Assembly (NCBI GenBank): GCA_043800555.1 | Contig: JAZDMX010000014.1 | Coordinates: 15,001-79,000 of the forward strand | DNA length: 64,000 nucleotides | Direction of reading: 5' to 3' | Source: Candidatus Omnitrophota bacterium | GTDB taxonomy: Bacteria; Omnitrophota; Gorgyraeia; Gygaellales; Profunditerraquicolaceae | Shown: positions 55,599 through 64,000 of the stretch, piece by piece | Position numbering within the stretch: the first letter of the stretch is position 1 | How the letters are laid out: each line of letters opens with the position of its first letter | The notes under the pieces: model-generated | Told to the model about the DNA's origin: nothing | Database searches by the model: none | What the model saw: only the letters and a program-made list of their open reading frames with translations | Made by a program: the position numbers and the translations under genes

Positions 55599-55638
55599 AT
55601 TCCAATGCGGGTTTGGAATTCCAAACCCGCATTGGAAT
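55599..55638. repeat. Perfect 40 bp palindrome
   Basis: attccaatgcgggtttggaa|ttccaaacccgcattggaat. Confidence 0.95.
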
Positions 55639-55653
55639 GAAAATGGAGGTAAG

Positions 55654-57114
55654 ATGAAAATACTTTTTGTCATGCCTAAAGTTGGCGCATGGGCAACACA
55701 CGGGATTCACCGCTCTCCGAATCAACTATACGCGCATTGGGCTGCGTATGTGCGCGAAAAAGGATATAAGGATGTTGCGGTTATTGACGGCAAGGCTGAA
55801 CAGATCCCTATGGACCGGCTTATCGAGCAGGTAAGGCTTAAGAATCCCGATGTTGTAGTGATGGGCGAGCAGCTCCATGGTTATGGCGGCTACGGAGTCT
55901 TGCGTCACTTTAAAGATGCTGCCGTTGGGATTAAAAAAGCGCTTCCTAAAACAAAAATAGTTTTCGGAGGCCTATGGTATTCGGCGATGCCCGTTTCTAC
56001 TCTGGAGGAAAATCCCGCAGTTGATTTTGTGGTTATGGGAGAAGAGGAGTCGTTCGGTGATTTGATCGAGGCAATAGATAAAAATAAGCCGCTTAAAGAC
56101 GTTGGCGGGGTTACTTCGCGTATCGACGGCTCAATTGTTATGGGCCCGCATAAGCCTTTGATGGAGGATTTGGATAAATTACCGCTTCCGGCGTATGATT
56201 TGTTCCCCATGGATAAATATGTGGGGCATACCTATTGGAAACCGTTTGTAGATATGGTTACTTCCCGGGGTTGCCCTTCGGCCTGCACTTTTTGCTATGA
56301 ATGGGACCAATTTGACCCGCGCCACCCTTCGGACTTCTTAAAGTGGCGCGCCAAAAGCCCGGAGCGGGTAATCGAGGAAATGAAGCTCCTGCGCGATAAA
56401 TACGGCGTCAAGGTAGTGGTAATCCAGGACGATAATTTCATCGTGGATCCTGCGCGCGTCAAGAAATTCTGCGAGTTAAAGAAGAAAAACAACATCGATA
56501 CCAAGTGGGTTTCTTTGGGCCGGGCAATTGATTGGATTAACTGCGAATCGATTTTGCCGCTTATGAAAGAGACGGGTTTGTTTATGGGGGTTTTTGGAAT
56601 CGAAGTAACCACCCAGTCAGAGCTTAAGAAAATCGCTAAAGGCATCACCATTGATCAGATCCAAAAGACAATCGATATTTTGCGTAAACAGGATATTGCT
56701 ATTGTCGCCGACATTATGATGGGTTTTGATTATGATACCGAAGCGATAATCAAGCAGCGTTTTGAGTTTACCGACGCAGTGGACCCGGATATTTTATGGG
56801 TAGGCTATGTCACTCCTGCACCGAATTCGCCCATGTGGAAGGTCGCTTTGAAGAAGAACTGGATTGACCCCAAGAAAGTCGATTTCTCGACGTGGGATTT
56901 CTTGCATCCGGTTATCCCCACGGACCATTTGAGCGTTGAGGACTTGGGCAGGCTTGGTTCATGGTGTATGCGTGAATTTTTCTCCAAGCCTGGGCGCGTC
57001 AACCGGATTATGGAGAGCGATTTTGACCCGCTGGCTAAACTTTGCTTCCAGGATGTTATGAACGGGCTCAATAAATGGGAAGCAGCCGCGACAAAGGGCG
57101 AAGTTCAGATATAA
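55654..57114 (+). CDS. Cobalamin-binding radical SAM enzyme (class B-like)
   Basis: N-terminal B12-binding-type domain (V.VIDG, IVFGG, DFVVMGE), DLDKLPLPAYDL, TSRGCPSACTFC, DDNF, GIE; GGAGG RBS. Confidence 0.92.
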   Translation: MKILFVMPKVGAWATHGIHRSPNQLYAHWAAYVREKGYKDVAVIDGKAEQIPMDRLIEQVRLKNPDVVVMGEQLHGYGGYGVLRHFKDAAVGIKKALPKTKIVFGGLWYSAMPVSTLEENPAVDFVVMGEEESFGDLIEAIDKNKPLKDVGGVTSRIDGSIVMGPHKPLMEDLDKLPLPAYDLFPMDKYVGHTYWKPFVDMVTSRGCPSACTFCYEWDQFDPRHPSDFLKWRAKSPERVIEEMKLLRDKYGVKVVVIQDDNFIVDPARVKKFCELKKKNNIDTKWVSLGRAIDWINCESILPLMKETGLFMGVFGIEVTTQSELKKIAKGITIDQIQKTIDILRKQDIAIVADIMMGFDYDTEAIIKQRFEFTDAVDPDILWVGYVTPAPNSPMWKVALKKNWIDPKKVDFSTWDFLHPVIPTDHLSVEDLGRLGSWCMREFFSKPGRVNRIMESDFDPLAKLCFQDVMNGLNKWEAAATKGEVQI

Positions 57115-57214
57115 ACAGGGACAGTTTTGAGTCCCAGGGCGGAAACCGTTTTCCTGCCTGCCTGCAGGCAATTCAACCGTAAGAGCGGGAATATATGGTT
57201 TATGGAGGAAGGGC

Positions 57215-57448
57215 ATGGAGATGAAAGCAAAAGTTAAGGAAGTTCTGGCTAATTTGCTTAAGGTAAAGCCGGAAGAATTAAAAGAGGGCGTTTCTTTGGA
57301 AGAGAGCATAGGGGTGGATTCAACTGAAATGGTTGAGTCGGCCATTGCCCTGGAAAAAGCCTTTGGAGTGAAATTAAGCCCTAAAGAAATAAGCAAGTCT
57401 TCAAGCATTGAAGATATCGAGAGAGCGATTAAATCCAAGTTAGGCTGA
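57215..57448 (+). CDS. Acyl carrier protein
   Basis: 77 aa, acidic, IGVDSTE.VE..IALEKAFGV (Ppant Ser). Confidence 0.93.
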   Translation: MEMKAKVKEVLANLLKVKPEELKEGVSLEESIGVDSTEMVESAIALEKAFGVKLSPKEISKSSSIEDIERAIKSKLG

Positions 57449-58245
57449 TGAAAATAATCGACTTAAGCCTTCCGATAGATGACAAGGCGTTTGAGGTGCA
57501 CAAGGTCGCTATTGAGCGCATAACCCATAAGGCCGGCGTTGAGAAATTCAACCGCGTGATTATGGGCAAGGCCTTTTCAGAGAAAATAAAATACCTTTTA
57601 GGAAAACGCATCCTCAAAAAAGAAGATTTACCCGATGAAGAATTCCTGTCTCTGGAAGTTGTGCATTCACCGGTCCACGTCGGGACCCACCTTGATTATT
57701 CATTCCATTACGGCTCAAAATCAGAGAATCGGGCAGCTAAAACAGCCGAAGAGATCCCGCTTGAATACTGTTACCAGGATGGAATAAAGTTGGACCTTAG
57801 CCATAAAAGGCCTAACGAGGTAATCTGTGCTTCGGATGTCACAGCTGCGCTTGAAAAAATAAACTATAAATTAAAACCGCTGGATATTGTTTTGTTGCAT
57901 ACGGGAGCGGATAAATTGTACGGTTCGCCGGAATATTTCTCGGATTATCCGGGATTGGATATTTCGGCGATAGATTATATTTTGGATCAGGGGGTTAAGA
58001 TTTTTGGGGTGGATACAATGGGCATAGACCGGCCCTACAGGTTTATGTTGAAAGATTTTCTAGTGAACAAAGAATTTAAGGCCCTGTATCCGGCGCATTT
58101 CTACGGAAGAAAAAGGGAATTTATTCATATTGAGAGGTTGGCGAATTTAGAGAAGCTTCCGGCAACCGGATTCAAAGTTATTTGTTTTCCGGTAAAGATC
58201 AGGCAGACAGGAGCGGCTTGGTCGCGTGTAGTAGCGATAATATAA
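57448..58245 (+). CDS. Cyclase-family protein (kynurenine-formamidase fold; polyketide second/third-ring cyclase-like)
   Basis: IIDLSLPI, HVGTHLDYSFHYG, IPLEYC, GVD..GIDRP, AHF.G...EF.HIERLANL, FPVKI...GAAW.RVVA. Confidence 0.88.
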   Translation: MKIIDLSLPIDDKAFEVHKVAIERITHKAGVEKFNRVIMGKAFSEKIKYLLGKRILKKEDLPDEEFLSLEVVHSPVHVGTHLDYSFHYGSKSENRAAKTAEEIPLEYCYQDGIKLDLSHKRPNEVICASDVTAALEKINYKLKPLDIVLLHTGADKLYGSPEYFSDYPGLDISAIDYILDQGVKIFGVDTMGIDRPYRFMLKDFLVNKEFKALYPAHFYGRKREFIHIERLANLEKLPATGFKVICFPVKIRQTGAAWSRVVAII

Positions 58246-58318
58246 ACCCCTGGCAGCTATCTGTAAATCATCGGTTGCCCGGGATCAATGCCTGTAATAA
58301 AAAAGAGAGGAGAAATTT

Positions 58319-58765
58319 ATGGGACATACCTGTAATTCAATAGTTATCAAAGCCCCGTATGATTTAGTATTTGATATTTCTAACGATATCCCGCGCTGGA
58401 CCGAATTATTCGGCAGCGAATACAAAAAAGCCGAGATTATAAAAAAAGAAGATAACAAGATTACTTTCCGCCTGACTGATGACGAAGACAAATCCTGGAT
58501 TTCCTGGAGGCTGCTTTATAAGGATAAATTCTTTACTTATTCCGAAAGGCAGGAACCAAAGTTCCCGTTTAAATATATGAAGATCGTCTGGCTCTATACA
58601 AAAAAACCGGAACAAGTGGATCTCACCTGGATTCAGCATTTTGAAATGGATGATAAAGCCAAGTTTGATGATGAGCAGGTGGAAGGCTTCATTAATAAAC
58701 ACTCCCAAGATAATCTTTTGATCTTTAAGAATGTAATTGAAAAGTTATCCACAACTGTAGCCTAG
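58319..58765 (+). CDS. SRPBCC/START-fold polyketide aromatase-cyclase (TcmN/WhiE-ORFVI-like)
   Basis: GHT.NSIVI.AP.DLVFD..ND..RW.ELF..EY, TFRL, W.SWR, PF.YM.I.W.Y, W.Q.FEM. Confidence 0.9.
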   Translation: MGHTCNSIVIKAPYDLVFDISNDIPRWTELFGSEYKKAEIIKKEDNKITFRLTDDEDKSWISWRLLYKDKFFTYSERQEPKFPFKYMKIVWLYTKKPEQVDLTWIQHFEMDDKAKFDDEQVEGFINKHSQDNLLIFKNVIEKLSTTVA

Positions 58766-58808
58766 GTTTAAATCCGTCCTACCTCTGTGGATCAACAGGA
58801 GGCTAAAG

Positions 58809-59585
58809 ATGAATCAGGAATTAAAAGGTAAGGTAGCGATTGTAACAGGAGCAAGCCGGGGGATTGGCAAAGCCCTTGCCTGTACCGCAGCGGGTCTGGG
58901 AGCAAATTTGACTATTGCTGCCCGCGGCGAAGGCCCGTTAAAAGAAACAGCTGCTGAAATTGCCAAGCAATATAAGGTAGATGTTTTAACTGTTCCTTGC
59001 GATGTTACTAAGTTAGGGGATTTGGAGAATTTAGTGAATAAGACCAAAGAAAAATTCGGTAAGATCGATATCTTAATCAATAATGCCGGAGTTTCTTCGC
59101 AGTATCCTTTTCAGGAGCAGCCGATTGAGGATTTTGAAAGGCTTGCCCATACCAACTATTTGGGCTATGTGCGCCTGATTCGTTTGGTCATCAACGATAT
59201 GATAAAAAATAAGAGCGGAGCGATAATTAACATGGTTTCCGGTTCAACCTTATGCGATCCATTGCCAAGAAATTTTATCGTCTATAGCTCGTTGAAAGTC
59301 GGTTTACGTGCGTTTTCCAAAGGCCTTTTCTGGGAATTACGCGATCACGGCATAAAAGTAACTTCCATATTGCCCGGAGTTACGGATACAGACTTGACCG
59401 GGAAATTAAGCGAGATTACCAGTCAGTCCTCTAGGTTAATGAGCACTGAAGCGATTGAGGGCGCGGTCAGGTTTGCCCTGACTGTACCGCAAAATGTTTG
59501 TCCGTTAGAGATCGCGGTAATCAACCAGCAGACGCCTTGGACAGCCCCGGTAATCCCGTTTGAGCAGAAGCACCCCAGTAAATAA
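58809..59585 (+). CDS. SDR family oxidoreductase (putative ketoreductase)
   Basis: TGASRGIG, NNAG, YSSLK (YxxxK), PG...TD. Confidence 0.92.
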   Translation: MNQELKGKVAIVTGASRGIGKALACTAAGLGANLTIAARGEGPLKETAAEIAKQYKVDVLTVPCDVTKLGDLENLVNKTKEKFGKIDILINNAGVSSQYPFQEQPIEDFERLAHTNYLGYVRLIRLVINDMIKNKSGAIINMVSGSTLCDPLPRNFIVYSSLKVGLRAFSKGLFWELRDHGIKVTSILPGVTDTDLTGKLSEITSQSSRLMSTEAIEGAVRFALTVPQNVCPLEIAVINQQTPWTAPVIPFEQKHPSK

Positions 59586-59632
59586 AACCCACCTCCACTT
59601 ACGATGTGGAGGAGGGAAAAGGAGGGTAAGAA

Positions 59633-60244
59633 ATGAAAAAAACAATTGTTTTGGCAGCGATTTTGTTTTTAGGCATAACAGGGATTGGTTTTGCCGCAGA
59701 GGGTAATTTATTGGTTGATGATTTTGAGATAGCAGTTTCTGCCGGCCCGGAGGGGACAGTTGATTTTGGCGCAGGCAATGGCTCAACTATAAAAGTTACC
59801 GCGGCAGCGGATGTTAAAAATACCGGTAAGCAGAGTTTAAAAGTAGATTTTGATGCGGTTACCGGTGGGTATATGTATGTTGCCCGGGGAGAAGGCCTTG
59901 ATGCGCATAATACCGGATGGCTCGTAAACCCCGACGATATCAAATGGCAGGATTACAAAGCCTTTTCTTTTTATATGTATGGTTCAGGTTCCAAAGGCAA
60001 AATAGCTTTTGATCTTAAGGATAACGGGAATGAAATCTGGCGTTTTATAGTCGAGGACAATTTCAAAGGCTGGAAGCAAATTATCTGCAATTTTGACCAA
60101 TTTACCGTCAGAGGCGATTGGCAGCCGCAGAGTTCCGATAATAACGGAATGCTTAATTTTCCAGTCAAGTCTTTTCAATTCGAGCCGCTTCCCCCGTTTA
60201 AAGGCATAATTTATTTTGATACAATGGAGTTGATCAAGAAATAA
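59633..60244 (+). CDS. Exported carbohydrate-binding (CBM11/CIA30-like) protein
   Basis: Signal peptide; LLVDDFE, W.DY..FSF..YG.GS, DNF.GWKQ...F. Confidence 0.7.
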   Translation: MKKTIVLAAILFLGITGIGFAAEGNLLVDDFEIAVSAGPEGTVDFGAGNGSTIKVTAAADVKNTGKQSLKVDFDAVTGGYMYVARGEGLDAHNTGWLVNPDDIKWQDYKAFSFYMYGSGSKGKIAFDLKDNGNEIWRFIVEDNFKGWKQIICNFDQFTVRGDWQPQSSDNNGMLNFPVKSFQFEPLPPFKGIIYFDTMELIKK

Positions 60245-60636
60245 TGCATAGACGGGATTTAAAGAACCTAAAAAAACGTTACCTTATTTGGTTTTATAAA
60301 ACTACCAAAGAGGCGTTGGATAAAATCGAGCGCAAATTTACCCAGGTTGATATCGACCGTTTTATCCTGGAAGAGTTGAAGAATTCGGATAAGGATAAAG
60401 CGGCCGAGTCTTTAATCGCCCGGTTTGAAGAGTATCTTCAAAAGAAGGAGACAGACGGCCTTAGTTTAAAATTCGAAAACAAAAAGGTAAGGCCGGATTA
60501 TTTATTCCTTTGCTGGAAATTAGAGGCGATTGAAAAAGCGATCGCCAAAGAGCTGGGGAAGAAAGCTCTCGAAGAGATAAAACTTCTTTATGAAGTCGAG
60601 ATGATCGAACGGATATTAAGGAGCACAGAGCACTAA
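60244..60636 (+). CDS. Hypothetical helical protein
   Basis: 130 aa ORF translationally coupled on both sides (TAATG overlap; abutting TAA ATG). Confidence 0.75.
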   Translation: MHRRDLKNLKKRYLIWFYKTTKEALDKIERKFTQVDIDRFILEELKNSDKDKAAESLIARFEEYLQKKETDGLSLKFENKKVRPDYLFLCWKLEAIEKAIAKELGKKALEEIKLLYEVEMIERILRSTEH

Positions 60637-61545
60637 ATGTTTATTGACGCTCATAGTCATTGGTTACCGGAAGGCATAATCAAAAACGCCCATTTTTTCC
60701 ATAAGGGCTGGGGGGATATTGAGTCTCAGCTGAAGATGATGGATGAGGCGGGAATTGATAAGGCTGTTCTGTCTTATCCGACTAGTGATGCGCATCTGAA
60801 ATTGGGAAGCATATCCGAAGTTGTACGCATATTTAACGATCATGTCGCAAAAATCATCAAGAAATACCCGGATAGGTTTATCGGAGCGGCAACTCTGCCC
60901 ATAGACCACCAGTCGGATATGCTCAAAGAAATAAGGCGCGCGACAGAGGAATTAGGTTTTCAGGCCTTATCCCTGGGGACTAGTTATGCCGGCATTTATT
61001 TGGATGATGCAAGATTCCTGGATGTATATAAACTGGCGCAAAGCAAAAACCTGCCGATTTTCGTCCATCCGCAGATAGTAAAGCCGATAGGCAGCGAGCG
61101 CGTAGAGGATGCGCTGCTCACCCCCGTAATAGAATATGTATTTGATACGACGATGTGCATCGGAAAACTCCTGATGTCGGATATTTTGCGCGATTATCAA
61201 ACAAAGTTTATTTTCAGTTATTTTGGCGGAGTTACGCCGTTTTTGGCAAACAGGTTTGATGCGACTTATCAGATGCTGCGGGGCTTGAATTTTGTTAAGG
61301 ATTTGCAAGCCAGGCCCACAGAGTTATTGAAGAATATTTATGTGGATACCAGCGGAGATATGGCCAAAGCGAATTTCCAGGCAGCCCTGGAGTTATTCGG
61401 GCCGCAGCATATTTTATGGGGGAGCGACTGGCCGGCCAAGCGCGACATTGCCCCCGGCATCAATGCAATCAAGGATTTGAATATATCTGAAGCGGATAAA
61501 AATAGTATTTTAGGAGGTAATTTAGCTCAAATTCTTGCTCTTTAG
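60637..61545 (+). CDS. Amidohydrolase_2 family protein (ACMSD/aromatic acid decarboxylase-like)
   Basis: IDAHSH, FND..A...YPDRF, PIFVHP, FDTT, YVDT, WGSDWP. Confidence 0.87.
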   Translation: MFIDAHSHWLPEGIIKNAHFFHKGWGDIESQLKMMDEAGIDKAVLSYPTSDAHLKLGSISEVVRIFNDHVAKIIKKYPDRFIGAATLPIDHQSDMLKEIRRATEELGFQALSLGTSYAGIYLDDARFLDVYKLAQSKNLPIFVHPQIVKPIGSERVEDALLTPVIEYVFDTTMCIGKLLMSDILRDYQTKFIFSYFGGVTPFLANRFDATYQMLRGLNFVKDLQARPTELLKNIYVDTSGDMAKANFQAALELFGPQHILWGSDWPAKRDIAPGINAIKDLNISEADKNSILGGNLAQILAL

Positions 61546-61635
61546 CAATTTGTATCTGGTTTGTCTTATTTCTTGTGGGAGGTCCCGGGCTCGCTCAAGG
61601 CCTTGAGCGAACAAAGCGGCAGATTCATTGGTATC

Positions 61636-62010
61636 ATGATAAAATTCTTAAATCTGGTTATTGGCGGAGCAGCAGGAACAATTGCTCGATATGTTTTAGC
61701 CGGGGCTGTTTATAGAATAACCGGCTCAGCGTTTCCTTATGGAACGCTTATCGTCAATATTTCCGGGTGTTTTGTCTTAGGGGTCTTGGCGTCTTTAGCG
61801 GAGAAGAAGTTTATTCTAGGGCCTGACGCCCGGATATTGCTGATGATAGGTTTTTGCGGAGCGTTTACTACGTTCTCAACTTTGATCTTTGAAAGCGATA
61901 CTCTTGTAAGAAATGGGCAGGCGATAAAAGCATTCGGCAATATATTGGTCAGCGTAGTTTTGGGCCTTATTTTGTTTAGGGTCGGTTCTTTATTAGGCGA
62001 GATTATTTAA
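61636..62010 (+). CDS. crcB: Fluoride efflux channel CrcB/Fluc
   Basis: GGAAG...RY, FPYGTL.VN, GFCGAFTTFST; ATG 61636. Confidence 0.96.
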   Translation: MIKFLNLVIGGAAGTIARYVLAGAVYRITGSAFPYGTLIVNISGCFVLGVLASLAEKKFILGPDARILLMIGFCGAFTTFSTLIFESDTLVRNGQAIKAFGNILVSVVLGLILFRVGSLLGEII

Positions 62011-62024
62011 ACCGGGAGATAAAA

Positions 62025-62357
62025 ATGAAGATTCCTGCTGATGGCAAGCTCTTAAGGATTTTTATAGGCGAGGCCGACAAATGGAACGGCAAGCCGCTTT
62101 ATGAAGAGATCGTGCTTTTGGCTAAAAAAGAAGGAATGGCCGGGGCAACCGCTATAAAGGGATTTATGGGTTTTGGATGCAAGAGCCATATGCACACAGT
62201 AAATCTGCTTAGGTTATCCGAAGACTTGCCGGTTGTCATTGAAATAGTCGATAGTGAGGACAAAATCAATAAGCTTATTCCACAGCTTGATAATATGGTT
62301 AAGGAAGGCCTAATTACTCTGGAGAAAGCCAACGTAATTATGTACCGCGCGCAATAA
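62025..62357 (+). CDS. DUF190 (PII-like) protein
   Basis: LLRIFIGEAD...GKPLYE.IV, GAT...G.MGFG, LS.DLPVVIEIVD; typical crcB partner. Confidence 0.93.
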   Translation: MKIPADGKLLRIFIGEADKWNGKPLYEEIVLLAKKEGMAGATAIKGFMGFGCKSHMHTVNLLRLSEDLPVVIEIVDSEDKINKLIPQLDNMVKEGLITLEKANVIMYRAQ

Positions 62358-62373
62358 AAAGGAGACAATTAAC

Positions 62374-63123
62374 ATGCAAATGGCAAAGGATGTTCATTTA
62401 ACGGGTAAAGATTTAACGCAAATGGTGCAGTTGCGCCAGCAGGATGTGGGTAAATACGCGATTGTCCCCGGCCCCAAGGATAGGCTGGAAGTCCTGATGA
62501 AGAAAATCGATAGTCCGGTAAAAAACTTCTCGTTTATGGAGTACACGATGTACACCGGCACTTATCAGGGAATAAAATTAACCGCAATTAACGGCGGCAG
62601 GTTTTCTACCGATACCTCCATTACCAGCGAAGTAATGTGTAATGCCAGGATCGACAATATCATCCGCGTGGGCACAGCCGGTTCTTTGGATGAAAATATA
62701 AAGGTAGGAGATTTGTTTGTGGTTGATGAGGTTATCCGGGGAGACGGAGTTACGCCTTATTATGTGGATAAGGATTTTGAAACCGTAGCCGACAAAAGAA
62801 TAGCCGATACGCTTTACGAAATCGGTAAGGCTATGGGATTAAATATTCATCGCGGCAAAGCCTGGACAACGGATGCGCTTTTACGCGAAACTAGAGAGAT
62901 AGTCGAAGCTAAGCGTAAGGAGGGGGCAAGGGCGGTAGATATGGTTTCTGCAACGCTCTTAACCATTGCCCAGACTTATGGCGTTAAGGCAGGTTCAATC
63001 TTAGCCGTAAGCGATAACGTGGTAACCGGCGAGATGGGCTTTATGAACCCTTTGTATTATATGGCTGAAGCCAACATCTTGAAAATTGCCCTTGAGGCAG
63101 TGGTAAAACTAGAGGGAAAATGA
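62374..63123 (+). CDS. Nucleoside phosphorylase (PNP/UDP family)
   Basis: PG..DR, IIRVGTAGS, IRGDG.T..Y, WTTDA..RE, VDM. Confidence 0.87.
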   Translation: MQMAKDVHLTGKDLTQMVQLRQQDVGKYAIVPGPKDRLEVLMKKIDSPVKNFSFMEYTMYTGTYQGIKLTAINGGRFSTDTSITSEVMCNARIDNIIRVGTAGSLDENIKVGDLFVVDEVIRGDGVTPYYVDKDFETVADKRIADTLYEIGKAMGLNIHRGKAWTTDALLRETREIVEAKRKEGARAVDMVSATLLTIAQTYGVKAGSILAVSDNVVTGEMGFMNPLYYMAEANILKIALEAVVKLEGK

Positions 63124-64000
63124 AATTTTCTCCACTCTTCTGGCCGATCCAGCTTAAGGATGGCGTAGTTTACATCCTTGATGAAACTCTCCTGCCGCGC
63201 AAGCTTACCTATATAAAGACTAAGAATTACCAGGAAGCCTGCCGCGCAATTAAGGAAATGAAAACCCGGGCCGTAGGCCAGGTTCTTTTAGTGATGTATA
63301 TTTTCCTGCAGTTAATTAAGCGAGGAAAACAAAAGGACCTGGCAAAAGTAGCTAACGCCATAAACTCGACCCGGCCGACATTATCGTTTAAGTTTTTAAC
63401 GGATATGGTTCTGGGTTGGGCCAAATCCGGAGCCCCCTTAGAAAAATGCATTCTAGGATTCTTAGAAGGTTTAAAATACAGCCGGATTAAACAGGCAGAA
63501 GAAGCCAATACGCTAATTAATGATGGAGATTCAATCCTTACCCATTGCAACATTAGCGGGCTTTTGCCTTTAATCGGAGAGATTTGCCGCAAGCAGGGAA
63601 AGAGAATACGTTTTTTTGCTACTGAAACCCGGCCATATATGCAAGGCTCGCGTTTAACCGCCTGGGAATTAAAACAGGCTGGTTTTGATGTTACTTTAAT
63701 CACTGACGGAATGACTGCCGCGGTTATGTCGCTGGGTAAAGTAAATAAAGTTATTGTCGGAGCAGATCATTTGGCGCAAAATGGCGATATCGCTAATAAA
63801 ATCGGGACTTACGGTATTGCGGTTTTAGCCAAGCATTTTAAATTGCCTTTTTATGTTTTATGCCCGCCGGCTTCCGGGTTAAGGAGCGGCAAAGATATTA
63901 AAATCGAGATAAGGCCGGATAAAGAGATGTTGGAGTACCAGGGTTTACGCTTAGCGCCCAAAGGCGCGAAAGGTTATTATCCGGCATTCGATGTTACACC
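63120..64000 (+). CDS. mtnA: Methylthioribose/5-deoxyribose-1-phosphate isomerase (eIF2B-like); runs off the window end
   Basis: Not in the ORF track; reads MKFSPLFWPIQ...ILDETLLP...MKTRAVG...TRPT...THCN...ETRPYMQGSRLTAWEL...GAD..A.NGDIANKIGTY...YPAFDVT. Confidence 0.9.
   Translation, partial: MKFSPLFWPIQLKDGVVYILDETLLPRKLTYIKTKNYQEACRAIKEMKTRAVGQVLLVMYIFLQLIKRGKQKDLAKVANAINSTRPTLSFKFLTDMVLGWAKSGAPLEKCILGFLEGLKYSRIKQAEEANTLINDGDSILTHCNISGLLPLIGEICRKQGKRIRFFATETRPYMQGSRLTAWELKQAGFDVTLITDGMTAAVMSLGKVNKVIVGADHLAQNGDIANKIGTYGIAVLAKHFKLPFYVLCPPASGLRSGKDIKIEIRPDKEMLEYQGLRLAPKGAKGYYPAFDVT

Noticed and set aside
61546-61635. Possible fluoride riboswitch upstream of crcB
   Set aside because: No GGnGAUG...CUCC/...GAUGAC pattern; only a short palindrome (tcgctcaaggccttgagcga) is present.

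Overview
A bacterial chromosome segment with about 62 protein-coding genes and 3 tRNAs. Almost everything is on the + strand; comM is the only credible minus-strand gene. Gene content and style suggest an anaerobic, Gram-negative-type organism, possibly Omnitrophota/PVC-like (inference only). In order: Ni/Co ECF transporter end, CcdA-like protein and htpX; an IS256-family element; a PyrR-attenuated pyrimidine operon (pyrR-B-C, carB C-terminal half, pyrK-D-F) interleaved with DNA-repair genes (EndoQ-like, mutM) and tRNA-Arg; an HTH plus LAGLIDADG-like ORF that runs into tRNA-Val, then tRNA-Asp; a DEDDh exonuclease-WYL fusion; hydrogenase maturation genes (short hypF, hypC, hypD, hypE); a transglutaminase lipoprotein and a PilZ-TM-coiled-coil-glycosidase-like protein; two ATP-grasp ligases plus kamA; an EF-G paralogue and a P-loop-less YchF derivative; purH, folC, mnmE, folE; comM between REP-like palindromes; a frameshifted LysM L,D-transpeptidase; accA. 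The most striking feature is a PadR-preceded aromatic type II polyketide cluster (about 50.5-61.5 kb). It encodes KS-alpha, a chain-length factor with an unusual Arg at the Gln site, a cobalamin-binding radical SAM enzyme, ACP, two cyclase types, an SDR and an amidohydrolase-type decarboxylase, with no oxygenases. It is followed by crcB, a nucleoside phosphorylase and mtnA. Heptamer tandem repeats and palindromic REP-like elements are scattered through genes and spacers. All calls are from motif recognition by eye; no database searches were run.
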